Assembly: GCA_045659785.1 (NCBI GenBank) | Contig: JAZRCM010000002.1 | Location: 68,196-132,195 of the forward strand | Source: Alphaproteobacteria bacterium | GTDB lineage: Bacteria; Pseudomonadota; Alphaproteobacteria; RF32; CAG-239 | Direction of reading: 5' to 3' | Length of the DNA: 64,000 nt | Shown here: piece after piece, positions 1 to 10,400 of the stretch | Layout: each line of letters opens with the position of its first letter | How positions within the stretch are numbered: the first letter of the stretch is position 1 | The notes under the pieces: model-generated | What the model was told of the DNA's origin: nothing | What the model saw: only the letters and a program-made list of their open reading frames with translations | Database searches by the model: none | Translations under genes and position numbers: made by a program

Positions 1-946
1 CGGTCAACATCCAACCGTCAGCTGTACCGAAAGGACGGATGTTACGCCAGTTTGCAAGCGAACCCATGGTAAGAGCCTCGTTCATGAAGTTCATCTGCTC
101 GGCAGTGAACACCATCTTGCCACCACTCTTTACTGCCATGTGAATAGCGAGGTAGTAGCCACCGGCATTGGCGTTGTTAATCGGATAGAGAACCTCCTCG
201 CCGTCCTTGATAACCAAGAGCGAAGGACCATTCTCCATATAACCGAGAACAAGCACTACCTGTCCCTCTGCACGCATCTCACGGAGCTTTGCGATAGCTG
301 CATTCTGTGGAGCAAAGTCGTTAGACTTATCGCCACGAGTGCGAGAACGCAAGCCGTGGAATACTACGAAGGTATGGCGAGCGTCAGCCTCAAGCATAAG
401 GCGCTCAGCGGTGTCCTCAAACTGCTCGACAGAGTTCTCCTTCCAACCGGTAGGCTGAGTATAGTCAGCTACACGACCACCGAAGAAGAAATAATACTCA
501 GGTCGGTTCTCAAAGATTGAATCGAAAACCTCCTTAGTATTGTTGTCGATGAAGTCATGAGCCCACTCCTCCATCTGCTTCTTGGTAGGTGCTGCCACCA
601 TATCAGCAGGAACGAGAACGAGGTGACGACGTGTCGCTGCCTTGTACTTCTCCAACTCGCACTGAGGTGCGATGATAGTGAGAAGATGACAGTTGAGAGC
701 GTCGAGATCCTCTCCACTGAAACGATCAGTAGCAAGAATCATCTCCTGTCCGTCGCCGTACTTCTTGAGAAGTTCATATCCCATGTTACCTGCGGATACG
801 AGAACTGAGTCGTTAGGAATAGCTGTATTCTCGGAAGCATCAACTATGGTATCATTAGGACAGCAAGCTGCCATAGCTTTAACCGATGTGCTGTAACCCT
901 TGTTAGACTCCTCGTTTGTGAGGAAATAGTAATTTTTAGTAATCAT
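1..946 (-). CDS. hypothetical protein, C-terminus cut by window edge (at least 315 aa), compositionally foreign
   Basis: Hand translation of the minus strand from ATG 946..944 (MITKNYYFLTNEESNKGYSTSVKAMAACCPND ... RPFGTADGWMLT) stays open to base 1. It is absent from the ORF track because no stop lies inside the window. G+C is 33/60 in bases 1-60. Codons end in C/G (CTC, TTC, AAG, GAG). No Shine-Dalgarno (SD) sequence upstream. Track ORFs at 140-896 are shadow frames of it. Confidence 0.7.
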   Translation of the reverse strand, partial: MITKNYYFLTNEESNKGYSTSVKAMAACCPNDTIVDASENTAIPNDSVLVSAGNMGYELLKKYGDGQEMILATDRFSGEDLDALNCHLLTIIAPQCELEKYKAATRRHLVLVPADMVAAPTKKQMEEWAHDFIDNNTKEVFDSIFENRPEYYFFFGGRVADYTQPTGWKENSVEQFEDTAERLMLEADARHTFVVFHGLRSRTRGDKSNDFAPQNAAIAKLREMRAEGQVVLVLGYMENGPSLLVIKDGEEVLYPINNANAGGYYLAIHMAVKSGGKMVFTAEQMNFMNEALTMGSLANWRNIRPFGTADGWMLT

Positions 947-1027
947 AAGTATAAATAATTAATGGTTTAGGTCTTTATTATCCTAAAAAATAGACAAAAA
1001 GTCAAGATATAAATAATTCCCGTATCA

Positions 1028-1065
1028 AAAAAAATCGCCTTGAATTTCAAAGCGATTTTTTATTT
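1028..1065 (-). terminator. rho-independent terminator after the RND pump gene
   Basis: Hairpin aaatcgcc-ttgaatttcaa-agcgattt flanked by an A-run and a T-run, immediately 3' of the stop at 1066. Confidence 0.6.
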
Positions 1066-4000
1066 TTATTCCGCTATTTCTTTTTTAGGAAACAACTTTT
1101 CGGTTATTGTTTGGAACAATACATACAACATCGGAATAATTATCAAACCTGCGGCTGTACCAATTAACATTCCATAAAATACCGGAACACCGATTGCAAT
1201 ACGGCTGTTAGCCCCTGCTCCGGTTGCCACCACCATAGGTAACACACCTAAAATGAAAGTAAAGGCAGTCATCAACACGGCACGGAAACGTTCTTTTAGC
1301 CCTACTAATGCAGCTTTTGCTATTGAAGAACCTCTTTCTCTTTCTTCTTTGGCAAATTCTACAATCAAAATAGCATTTTTAGCAGCTAAACCGACTAACA
1401 ATACTAAACCGAGTTGAGCGTAGATAGACAATGGTAAGCTATGAATAAACAAACCTAACAAAGCACCTAACATAGCAACGGAAACTGATGCTAATACCGG
1501 AATTGGAGTTGACCAACTTTCATATTGTGCTACTAAGAACAAATATGCAAAAGTAATCGCCAACAAAATCAACGTTCCGATAGTTCCTTGGTTTTCTCTT
1601 TCTTGGAAGCTCATGCCGGACCAGTCAAAACTATAATCTTCTGACAAAGTTTCTCTTGATAATTGCTCTAACTTTGCCATTGCTTCACCGGTACTGATAC
1701 CCGGACGAGCAATCGCATTTATAGTAGCAGACGGATACTGATTATAACGAGTTACAACTCGTGGACCGAGATTTTTACGCAAGCTAATCATACCGCCTAA
1801 CGGAACCATTTTGCCTTCGGTGTTTTTTACATAAAGATTATTTATACTGTTAATATCTTTTCGGAAAGGCCAATCTGATTGAACCACAACCTTATTAACC
1901 TGAGTACCGAAGTTAACGTCATTGATATATGATGAACCGAGATATTGCCCCAATGCACCATAAATATCACCCACAGATGTTTTCATTGACTCAGCTTTTT
2001 CACGATTTACATCAACGAAAATTTGCGGAGTTTTCGCATTGTAGGTTGAAAAAGCATAACTCAAAATTCCCGATGTATTCATTCTGCCTAACAATGTTTG
2101 CAAAGCACCATCCAACAAAAGCGGATCACTGCTGTTTAATGCTTGCAAACGGAAATCCATACCATTTGTGCTACCTAACCCCGGAATAGCAGGAAACTCA
2201 AACATATTAACATTAGCTTCAGGTGTAGTTTTTGCAACTTCTGCTCTAACCCTATTTAAAATATTAGTTGACAGCAATGCTTCGTCGGTTCTTTCGCTCC
2301 AAGGTTCAAGAATAACAATCATAAATGCGGCATTTTCACCACCACCACCGATCATGCTCATACCGGAAATGTTCATCACGTGAGCCACACCTTGAGTTTT
2401 TTTAGCAATATTGGCAATACGTTCTACAACTTCTTCGGTACGATTACGAGATGCTCCTTCCGGTAATTGCATATCAATCATAAATACACCTTGGTCTTCT
2501 TCAGGAATAAAGCTGGTTTGACTAACATTTAATATTCCGCAAATACAAAAGATGATTAGTCCTAAAATTGTTGCAATTACACTGATTTTTTTGCTGGCAA
2601 ATGTCATAATTGCAGCATATTTGTCACGAGATTTATCCATAACATTTGAGAACCAAAACAACGGACCGCTTGTATATGGCTTTAATGGTCTCAACATTGT
2701 AGCACATAATGCCGGAGATAAAGTCAAAGCATTTAATGATGAAAATGAAACCGAAGCAGAAATTGCAATCGCAAATTGTTGATAAATTTTACCTGTAATT
2801 CCGCCCATAAATGCAATAGGAACAAAAATTGCCAATAATACCAAGGTTGTTGCGATAATTGCACCTGACACTTGTTCCATAGCCTTAATCGTTGCTTGTT
2901 TCGGAGAGAGATTTTCATTTTCCATAAGGAACAAAACACGCTCAACCACAACAATAGCATCATCCACGACCAAACCGATAGCTAATACCAAACCGAATAA
3001 GGTTAAAATATTAAGACTGAATCCCATTGCCAATAATACAGCAAACGTAGCAAATAATGACACAGGGATAGTTAAAGTCGGAACCAATGTTGAGCGCCAA
3101 TCTTGTAAGAAAATATAACAAACAAAAACCACCAAAACAAAAGTCAAGAGTAAAGTCCAAACAACTTCTTCAATGGATGTTTTGATATATTCTGTTGCGT
3201 CATAAGCAACTATAAGTTCAAAATCTTCCGGAAACATCGATTCTATACGAGCAATTTCTTTGCGTAAATTACTCATAGCTTGAATTGCATTGGCGCCCGA
3301 CAATAGGTTAACAGCAATAGCTACTGACGGAGCAAGGTCAAATTGAGATTTTGCACGATAATCTTCTTCACCGATTTCAATTCTGGCTACATCTTTCAAA
3401 CGAACCAATCCGCCTTCTTCATTAGTACGAACAATGATATTTTCAAAATCTTCAACTTTATTTAAACGACCGGTTGATTGCAGTGTATAAACCATTTGCT
3501 GTGTTCCGTCACCGGGCATAGCACCGACTTTACCTAATGATGGTTGAATATTCTGGCTTTTAATCGCTGCTGCAACTGCAGAAACAGGCATATTTAATGC
3601 TGCAATTTTATCAGCATTCAACCAAACACGCATTCCCAAAGGAGGGGCATAAACGTTAGCTTCGCCAACCCCGTTCACACGAATAAGGTTTTTCTTAATA
3701 TTGTTTTGAACGTAGTCACTCAATTGAAGTGTATTCATTGTCCCGTTAGGAGAACGAGCGGTCAAAAAACCTAAAATGTCGGTAGAACGGCGAAACACGC
3801 TAACCCCGTGTTGTTGTACTTCGGCAGGCAATTTTGATAATGCTTGTTGTACACGGTTTTGGGTTTTTACTTGTGCCAAATCAGGATCAATACCAACCTT
3901 AAATGTAACTGTTAAATGGTAGCTTCCGTTTGCATCAGATTTAGAATCCATATACAACATATCTTCAACACCATTAACCGCTTCTTCCAGCGGAATACCT

Positions 4001-4185
4001 ACGGTATTTGCCACAACTTCGGCACTTGCTCCCGGGTATGAAGCAGAAACCGTAATTGTCGGAGGTGTAACTTGCGGATATAACGAAATCGGCAAAGAAA
4101 AGAGGGAGATTGCACCGGCCAAAGTCAGCACAATCGAAATAACCATCGCAAAACGAGGACGTTCAATAAATATTCTTGAAAACAT
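1066..4185 (-). CDS. RND multidrug efflux permease (AcrB/HAE1 family)
   Basis: 1039 aa. N-terminus [23 protein letters not shown] and a 12-TM layout with two large periplasmic loops are typical of AcrB-type pumps. Lies last in the tetR-MFP-RND operon. Confidence 0.9.
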   Translation of the reverse strand: MFSRIFIERPRFAMVISIVLTLAGAISLFSLPISLYPQVTPPTITVSASYPGASAEVVANTVGIPLEEAVNGVEDMLYMDSKSDANGSYHLTVTFKVGIDPDLAQVKTQNRVQQALSKLPAEVQQHGVSVFRRSTDILGFLTARSPNGTMNTLQLSDYVQNNIKKNLIRVNGVGEANVYAPPLGMRVWLNADKIAALNMPVSAVAAAIKSQNIQPSLGKVGAMPGDGTQQMVYTLQSTGRLNKVEDFENIIVRTNEEGGLVRLKDVARIEIGEEDYRAKSQFDLAPSVAIAVNLLSGANAIQAMSNLRKEIARIESMFPEDFELIVAYDATEYIKTSIEEVVWTLLLTFVLVVFVCYIFLQDWRSTLVPTLTIPVSLFATFAVLLAMGFSLNILTLFGLVLAIGLVVDDAIVVVERVLFLMENENLSPKQATIKAMEQVSGAIIATTLVLLAIFVPIAFMGGITGKIYQQFAIAISASVSFSSLNALTLSPALCATMLRPLKPYTSGPLFWFSNVMDKSRDKYAAIMTFASKKISVIATILGLIIFCICGILNVSQTSFIPEEDQGVFMIDMQLPEGASRNRTEEVVERIANIAKKTQGVAHVMNISGMSMIGGGGENAAFMIVILEPWSERTDEALLSTNILNRVRAEVAKTTPEANVNMFEFPAIPGLGSTNGMDFRLQALNSSDPLLLDGALQTLLGRMNTSGILSYAFSTYNAKTPQIFVDVNREKAESMKTSVGDIYGALGQYLGSSYINDVNFGTQVNKVVVQSDWPFRKDINSINNLYVKNTEGKMVPLGGMISLRKNLGPRVVTRYNQYPSATINAIARPGISTGEAMAKLEQLSRETLSEDYSFDWSGMSFQERENQGTIGTLILLAITFAYLFLVAQYESWSTPIPVLASVSVAMLGALLGLFIHSLPLSIYAQLGLVLLVGLAAKNAILIVEFAKEERERGSSIAKAALVGLKERFRAVLMTAFTFILGVLPMVVATGAGANSRIAIGVPVFYGMLIGTAAGLIIIPMLYVLFQTITEKLFPKKEIAE

Positions 4186-4188
4186 ATT

Positions 4189-5343
4189 TTATTTTCCTTC
4201 TGTCTTAACTTCTTCAGCACGAACTTTTTTGCCGTCGCTGACTTTTTGCAAGCCTTGAATAATAACTTTGTCGCCGTCTTTTAAGCCTGATTTTACAATC
4301 TGACGGGTTCCGAATACTTCACCTAACTCTACACGACGTTGTTCTACCAAGCTATCCTTATTAACAACCATAACATAGCTACCATGTTCATCTTGTCCTA
4401 CTGAAGCTTGAGAAACTGTCAAAGCGTTTTTAGTTATACCGGAATCGACATCAAGATTTACATAACTTCCCGGAACCAACAAACCGTCACTGTTATCAAA
4501 TTCCGCATAAACAGCCAAAGTTGCAGTTGCAGTATCAATAGAGTTGTCAACAAACTCATCGGTAGATGTCTTTCTGATAACTTCTCCGTTAGGGAGTTGA
4601 ACTCTAACTTTCAAATGTGTATCTCCGGAACGATTTTGCAAAAAGTTTGTTATTTGTTTATCTGTAACCGAAAAAGTAATTCTTATCGGATTAATTTGAA
4701 CAACTGAAGCTAAAATACCGGTTGCGGAACTAACAAAATTGCCTTCGGTAACTTTTGCTTTACCGATTTTTCCGGAAAACGGAGCTTTAATTTCTGCATG
4801 GTTTAAATCTATTTTGGCTAAAGAATAATTTGCTTCTGCTTGTTTTACGGCAGCTTGAGCTTGTAACAAACTTGAATAAGCTTCATCAAGTTTTGCTTCT
4901 GAAGCATATTTTTGTTGATTCAATGATTTTTGACGATGATAATCTTTTTCAATTTTGGTTAAACTGGCTTTTGCAGAATCTAATTCTGCCTTACGTAAAT
5001 CGGCTGTTGCCTGATATTTTTGTTTTTCAATTACAAACAAAACATCACCTTCATTAACCATTGAACCTTCGGTAAAAGTAACTTTTTCCATATATCCGCT
5101 GACTTGTGGTTGCAAACTTACGGAGTTGATGGCATCTACTTTACCTATAAAATTTTGTGACGGAGTAATATCTTGTTTTTTAACAGCTTCTACCAAAACC
5201 ATCGGTTCACCGGCGCCGCCCATAGCTCCCATCATTGCCGGCGGTGTAAAACGTGCTTTTAAAAACCATCCTGCTATTATGCATAAAACAATCAATAAAA
5301 ATTGTTTTAAGATTTTTCGATTACTCATTTGTCCTGTTTTCAT
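4189..5343 (-). CDS. RND efflux periplasmic adaptor (membrane fusion protein, AcrA/MexA family)
   Basis: 384 aa with an N-terminal anchor helix, a coiled-coil hairpin segment (AELDSAKASL...QAQAAVKQAEANYSLAKIDL) and a beta-barrel tail. 3-nt gap to the pump gene. AAGGA SD sits inside the end of the tetR gene. Confidence 0.85.
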   Translation of the reverse strand: MKTGQMSNRKILKQFLLIVLCIIAGWFLKARFTPPAMMGAMGGAGEPMVLVEAVKKQDITPSQNFIGKVDAINSVSLQPQVSGYMEKVTFTEGSMVNEGDVLFVIEKQKYQATADLRKAELDSAKASLTKIEKDYHRQKSLNQQKYASEAKLDEAYSSLLQAQAAVKQAEANYSLAKIDLNHAEIKAPFSGKIGKAKVTEGNFVSSATGILASVVQINPIRITFSVTDKQITNFLQNRSGDTHLKVRVQLPNGEVIRKTSTDEFVDNSIDTATATLAVYAEFDNSDGLLVPGSYVNLDVDSGITKNALTVSQASVGQDEHGSYVMVVNKDSLVEQRRVELGEVFGTRQIVKSGLKDGDKVIIQGLQKVSDGKKVRAEEVKTEGK

Positions 5344-5344
5344 T

Positions 5345-5968
5345 TTATTTTCCTTCTTTTTTCAGCCAGTTTAATATTATATCCAAACCATTAATAAAAT
5401 TTTTTGCTATGCTATAGTCTGAGTCTCTTTCAGATACATAAAAGTTGATTGCACCTTTCCACATATTGGTTATGAGTTGTGCCGTATCTTTTATATCGAC
5501 GGAAGCCGATATTTCTCCTTTTTTTTGCGCTGATGTCAAGGCATTGTGTACAGTTGTTATATGAAATTTTCTAATATCGCCTAATTCTGATAAAACCTTG
5601 TTGAAAACGGCATCTGACCATTCAACTTGCAACAATATAAAAAATATAAACTTCTGCAAAGCCGGATGTGTTTCCAAATAATTGGCCTCAAACACAAAAA
5701 AATCTCGCAATTCTTGCAAATTTGCGGGAGACGGATTGTTTGCTTTAGAATTTACAGACTTGATTTCTAAACGTTGTTTAATCAATTCGACCAACAAATC
5801 GCTCTTATCTTTAAAATGCCAATATACCGCCCCTTTAGTCATACCAATTCGAGCGGCAATATCATCAAAAGACGTTTTGGAAAAACCTTTTTCATAAAAG
5901 CAATCAAGCGCCGCTTGTAATATCTGCAGCCTTGTATTTTCTTTTTCTTCTTTGGTTTTACGAACCAT
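5345..5968 (-). CDS. TetR/AcrR family transcriptional repressor
   Basis: 207 aa. N-terminal helix-turn-helix (HTH) FSKTSFDDIAARIGMTKGAVYWHFKDK. Heads the efflux operon. Confidence 0.85.
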   Translation of the reverse strand: MVRKTKEEKENTRLQILQAALDCFYEKGFSKTSFDDIAARIGMTKGAVYWHFKDKSDLLVELIKQRLEIKSVNSKANNPSPANLQELRDFFVFEANYLETHPALQKFIFFILLQVEWSDAVFNKVLSELGDIRKFHITTVHNALTSAQKKGEISASVDIKDTAQLITNMWKGAINFYVSERDSDYSIAKNFINGLDIILNWLKKEGK

Positions 5969-6058
5969 TACAGCCTCAAACTATTCATACATTCCGATAG
6001 GTATGTATAATAATTTAAACTTTAAATCAAGCAAAAAATACTAAAAAATCAACAGATT

Positions 6059-7048
6059 TTATTTTTTATGCCCGCCATAACCTTGGCCTATTTTACGCCC
6101 TATAGATGATATTTTTTGTCCTATGTCACTTTGAGCGTGAATAGCTGCCGAGCTATTATTATCTTTTCCGGGATATAATTGATAAAGTTTTCTGTATTCT
6201 CCGGAATTTATATTAGGCATAACCACATTTGCTCCGGCTTGCAAAGCCATAATTCTGCCTTGAGGATGCAAAGCCTCCATAGCAGTAGTCGCAGGAATAT
6301 TTATATCAGGCAATAACAATCTCATAACAGCCATTGTTCTCAATGCTAAATTAAGTGATCCGCCCTGCTCTCCGCTCAACGGAGTTTGAGGATGTGGAAT
6401 AAACGGACCGATACCGGACATATCGACTTCTATATCTTTTAAGAAAAGCAAATCTTCTGCTATCGATTCAACTGATTGATTTGGCAAACCGACCATAATC
6501 CCTGAACCGAGTTCATAGCCTAATTCTTTTATCATCATAAGACAATCATAACGATTTTGCCAGCTCATATTAGGGTCTAATTTGTGATATAAGTCTTTAT
6601 CCGTTGTTTCAATTCTCATCAAATATCTGTCGGCACCTGCTTCACGAAATGCCCTATATTCTTCATAAGAACGTTCACCGATACTCAATGTTACAGCTAC
6701 ATCAAATTTCTTAATTTCCGAAATTATGTGACACATTCTGTCGATATTATAATACATATCTTCGCCTGACTGCATTACAATAGTTTTAAAGCCCATATTT
6801 GCGGCCTGTTCAGCTGTTGCAATAATTTCTTCCGGCTCCATTCTGTATCTTTGAGCTTCTTTGTTGCCGCTTCTGATGCCGCAATACAGACAATTATTAC
6901 GACATATATTTGAAAATTCTATCAATCCGCGTAAATGAATTTCATCACCGACATATTGTTTACGTACCTTATCAGCCTGTTCAAATAAGATGCTTTGATT
7001 TTCTTCATCACTTAATAATCGGATTATTTCATTTTTATCTAAATTCAT
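6059..7048 (-). CDS. hydE: [FeFe]-hydrogenase H-cluster radical SAM maturase HydE
   Basis: 329 aa. Matches remembered Thermotoga HydE almost motif for motif: VGDEIHLRGLIEFSNICRNNCLYCGIRSGN (CxxxCxxC), QSGED, AGADRYL, MVGLPNQ, GIGPFIPHPQTPL, IPATTAM, YQLYPGK. Confidence 0.8.
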   Translation of the reverse strand: MNLDKNEIIRLLSDEENQSILFEQADKVRKQYVGDEIHLRGLIEFSNICRNNCLYCGIRSGNKEAQRYRMEPEEIIATAEQAANMGFKTIVMQSGEDMYYNIDRMCHIISEIKKFDVAVTLSIGERSYEEYRAFREAGADRYLMRIETTDKDLYHKLDPNMSWQNRYDCLMMIKELGYELGSGIMVGLPNQSVESIAEDLLFLKDIEVDMSGIGPFIPHPQTPLSGEQGGSLNLALRTMAVMRLLLPDINIPATTAMEALHPQGRIMALQAGANVVMPNINSGEYRKLYQLYPGKDNNSSAAIHAQSDIGQKISSIGRKIGQGYGGHKK

Positions 7049-7108
7049 CGTCGTCTCCCTTGCTAAAGGCTAAACCAAAATTATATATTTAGCAATAGCT
7101 TTTAAGTA

Positions 7109-7138
7109 TTGACACAAGTCTTTGTTAAATGTTAGAAA
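7109..7138 (+). promoter_or_regulatory. candidate sigma70-type promoter for the Cys-rich small ORF
   Basis: TTGACA at 7109-7114, 17-18 nt spacer, TTAGAA/TAGAAA at 7132-7138. By-eye motif match only. Confidence 0.3.
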
Positions 7139-7163
7139 ATGAAAAAACTATAAGGAGAATAAT

Positions 7164-7331
7164 ATGAGAAATTGTAACAATCCCGACTGCAAATGCGAAA
7201 ATTGCCAATGTGGTGATAATTGTCAATGCGGAAAAGACGGAGAATGTAAATGTCCGAACCGTGAAGATAAAAAAGTTCAGGAAGAAAAACCAACAAAAAA
7301 ACGTTGTTGCTGTCGCAAAAAAGAACAATAA
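7164..7331 (+). CDS. metallothionein-like Cys-rich small protein (55 aa)
   Basis: Not in the ORF track (under 60 aa). AAGGAGA SD 5 nt upstream of the ATG. Product MRNCNNPDCKCENCQCGDNCQCGKDGECKCPNREDKKVQEEKPTKKRCCCRKKEQ has 12 Cys in CxC/CxxC arrays. Followed directly by a hairpin terminator. Confidence 0.7.
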   Translation: MRNCNNPDCKCENCQCGDNCQCGKDGECKCPNREDKKVQEEKPTKKRCCCRKKEQ

Positions 7332-7336
7332 AAAAA

Positions 7337-7362
7337 AGCCACGATTTTCGTGGCTTTTTCTT
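7337..7362 (+). terminator. rho-independent terminator
   Basis: agccacg-atttt-cgtggct followed by a T-run, 6 nt after the stop of the Cys-rich ORF. Confidence 0.75.
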
Positions 7363-7453
7363 TATATATAAATATCCCGTTATCTAAAAATTAATATTTG
7401 CAATATATAATTTGCTCGATTTATATAAATTAACAATATCTGGATGTTTTAAA

Positions 7454-10400
7454 ATGAATAACAAAGTTGAAAATGAAAATTTTGCCGCAGAAGAAGAAAA
7501 ATCTTGGTTCAGCAACAATCTGCATCGCTTAATGATTGTTGTCGGCGTATGTTGGTTTGCCATTGTTTTAATCTATATCACTCAATTTTTCGGTTGGTCT
7601 AATCTGTTTTTGATGATGCCGAATGAATTTGGTGTATTTTTGGCCGGTGTTTCTTTACCGTTGCCGATTATTTGGTTGGTTATGGCATTTATCGACAGGG
7701 AACGTAATTTCAAGCAAGAAGCAAAATTCTTGCGTGCATATATGAACCAGTTGGTATATCCTGAAGAAGGAAGCGCCGAAACCGCTAAAGCCATGGCTGA
7801 TGCTATTCGTTCGCAAGTTGATGAACTGCAAGAAGTTACACGTCTTGCCATGCAACAAACAGATACAATTAAAAAAGAACTCGGAGAACGTGTTGAAGAC
7901 TTTTCCAACCTGGTGCAAGTATTAGACAATTATTCAACAAAAAGTATTGTTGAACTTACCAATGGTGTAAAAACACTTACTCAAAGTTTTGACGGTGTTA
8001 CCGACAGAGCCTTCCAAACAACCAAAGAGCTCAATCAATGTATGGGCGAGTTTTCAGAAGTTGCAAACCATTTGCAAAATGACATTAGCGGAATTATAAA
8101 AGAACTCATTCCTGGTGTTCAAGAAATGAAAACTTCGGCTGACACAATCCAGAGTGTTGCCGAAACATCTACTCAAAGAATTTTGGAAGCAAATGAAAAT
8201 CTTAAAAATTACAGCTCTATTTCTGAAGAAAATTTCAACAAAGTTATTAATAAGCTTCAAAGTCAAGGACAGTTTTTGGAAGAGATTTCCGAAAAAGCTA
8301 TTAACAGCAGTCAAAACGTTGGTGAAAAAGTTAAAGTTATCACCATGGATATTGACGAATTACTTAAATCACAAACCTTGCACGTTGATGAATATGCAGC
8401 ATCTCTAGATGAAAATATTCGTGATATTTATAAGAAATTTGCCGAACACGGCGAAGTATTGAGCGGTGAAGTTGATAAAATTATTGCACGTTCCAATGTT
8501 ATTGAAGAAAGCATTTCTGTTCAAGTAAATGACCTTAAGAATGTGGCAGAAGACATCACAACAAGTTTAGATACTATCGAAACCACTCTTAAAGCTCAGT
8601 TTGAAAACTTGGATAATCGTAGCGACAGTGCTATTAACAGTATTCAAAAAGTTGTTGATGCGGTTGAAGAAAAGACAGAAAAACTTAAGTCTTACACAGA
8701 TAATGCTAATCAGCAAACATCTATTTGCGCCGATAATGTTGAAGCTCAGCACGATCGTATTCAAAAACTTACAGATGCTATTTTTGAAAACCTTAACGGT
8801 ATTACCAATCGTTTCGGCGAAAATATGGAAAGTGTTAAAAATACAGCTGATAGTGTTATGAATCAATTTAAGACACTTCGTGATGCATTGGAAGAACAAT
8901 CTGAAAAATTGTCTGAAACAAGTAATTTTGCAGTTACTCAAAGTAAAGTTGCCGAAACATCATTACAACAACAAAACAGACACATTAACAGTTCTATCAG
9001 CAAAATTGAAGAAACTAAAGCAGAACTCAAGCGTCAAATTGATGAACTGTCTCGTGCTGCTAATGTTATCACCGAAGAAGCAAATGATGCAGTTAGCCGT
9101 TTGAAAGAACAACTTGCCGCATCTGTTCAAGCTTCTACCGAAGTTGTTAACAAAACCAACGAAATCAATTTCAGTTTGGCACAAGGAGCAGAAAAATTTG
9201 TTGCAGTTACAGAACAAACTTTGGCTAAGGTTTCCGACCTCGATGATGTTATATCTTCACAAAATAACAAATTCGGAACCCTTGTTTCCTACATTGACGA
9301 AAAAACAACTCAAGTGTCTGAAGCTTTATCAATCCATGCTGATATGGTTGAACAAGCTGCAGCAAGTTCCGGCAATAAATTCAGCGAAATCTTATCTGCT
9401 TTTGAAAGTCAATCGACAATGCTTAACTCTGTTGCCGACAATACGGTGGGATATGTTTCTGATGTTGTTCAAGCTTTAGATGAAAAAGCAGAAAATATTA
9501 ATTTGTTATTCAAACATCAACAAAACGAATTTTTGGATGTATGCAGCAAGATTTCTGCCCATACAAATAATTTGAGTGCTTCCTTAAAAGAACAAATTGC
9601 TTCTATTGAAGAAAGCTCTGACCGTGTATTTGCTAAAATGTCCGAAATGGAACAAAATATCGGTAAACATGCCGAAGATGTGGCAGAAAAATCAACCTCT
9701 TCTATCGCAAGATTGGGAGAAATTGACGATGCCATTGCAGAACGCAATCAAAAACTCGAAAACAGCATCAATGAAATTTCAGGTAAAATGGCTAAAATTT
9801 CAAGCGAATTCGGTTTAAGTGTAAACAGCTTCAACGGTATATTAAAAGATATGAAGAGCAATTCCGACACAACAACATCTACCATTTTATTAAACGTTGA
9901 TAAAATTAAAAGTGCAAACAACGGATTTAATAAAGATGTGAAAGATTTTGTCGGTCAAGTTGACAATCACATGAACGGACTTAACGGTGTTATTGTTAAG
10001 TTAAGAGAGCATGCCGTTGACATTGAAAATGCTTTTGCCACTCAAAAAGAATTGCTTGCAGACGTAGCAAATAATGTTGCGGCACAAACTCGTTTGGGTG
10101 AAGCATCTATGTCTAAACAACATAAATATATGCAGGATATCGCTAAAGAAGTAAGCGATAAAATGAAAGAAATTTGCAATCAAATGAACGGAAATATTGA
10201 TGGTATTTACGAAAAAGCAGGAAAACTTTCTTTTGAAGTAAATGCTCTCGGTGAACGTTTATTGAGTGTTGGAGAAGAAATGTCCAAAACTTCTCAAAAT
10301 TCTATTGCCGATATTGAAAAAGTTCATTCTATTTTGGGTAAAAGTACCGACAGTATCATTGCTACTGCTGATGCTACCACTTCAAAAATGGAAAAGATTA

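Noticed and set aside
140-896. Four track ORFs (140-520 +, 469-735 -, 557-808 +, 693-896 +) in the first kilobase.
   Set aside because: All lie inside, and out of frame with or antisense to, a single 315-codon open frame on the minus strand (946 to base 1). High local GC makes shadow ORFs frequent.
7125-7328. 67-aa minus-strand track ORF opposite the Cys-rich gene.
   Set aside because: It translates to a Phe/Thr/Ile low-complexity string with no SD. The plus-strand 55-aa frame has an SD, a promoter-like boxes pair and a terminator.
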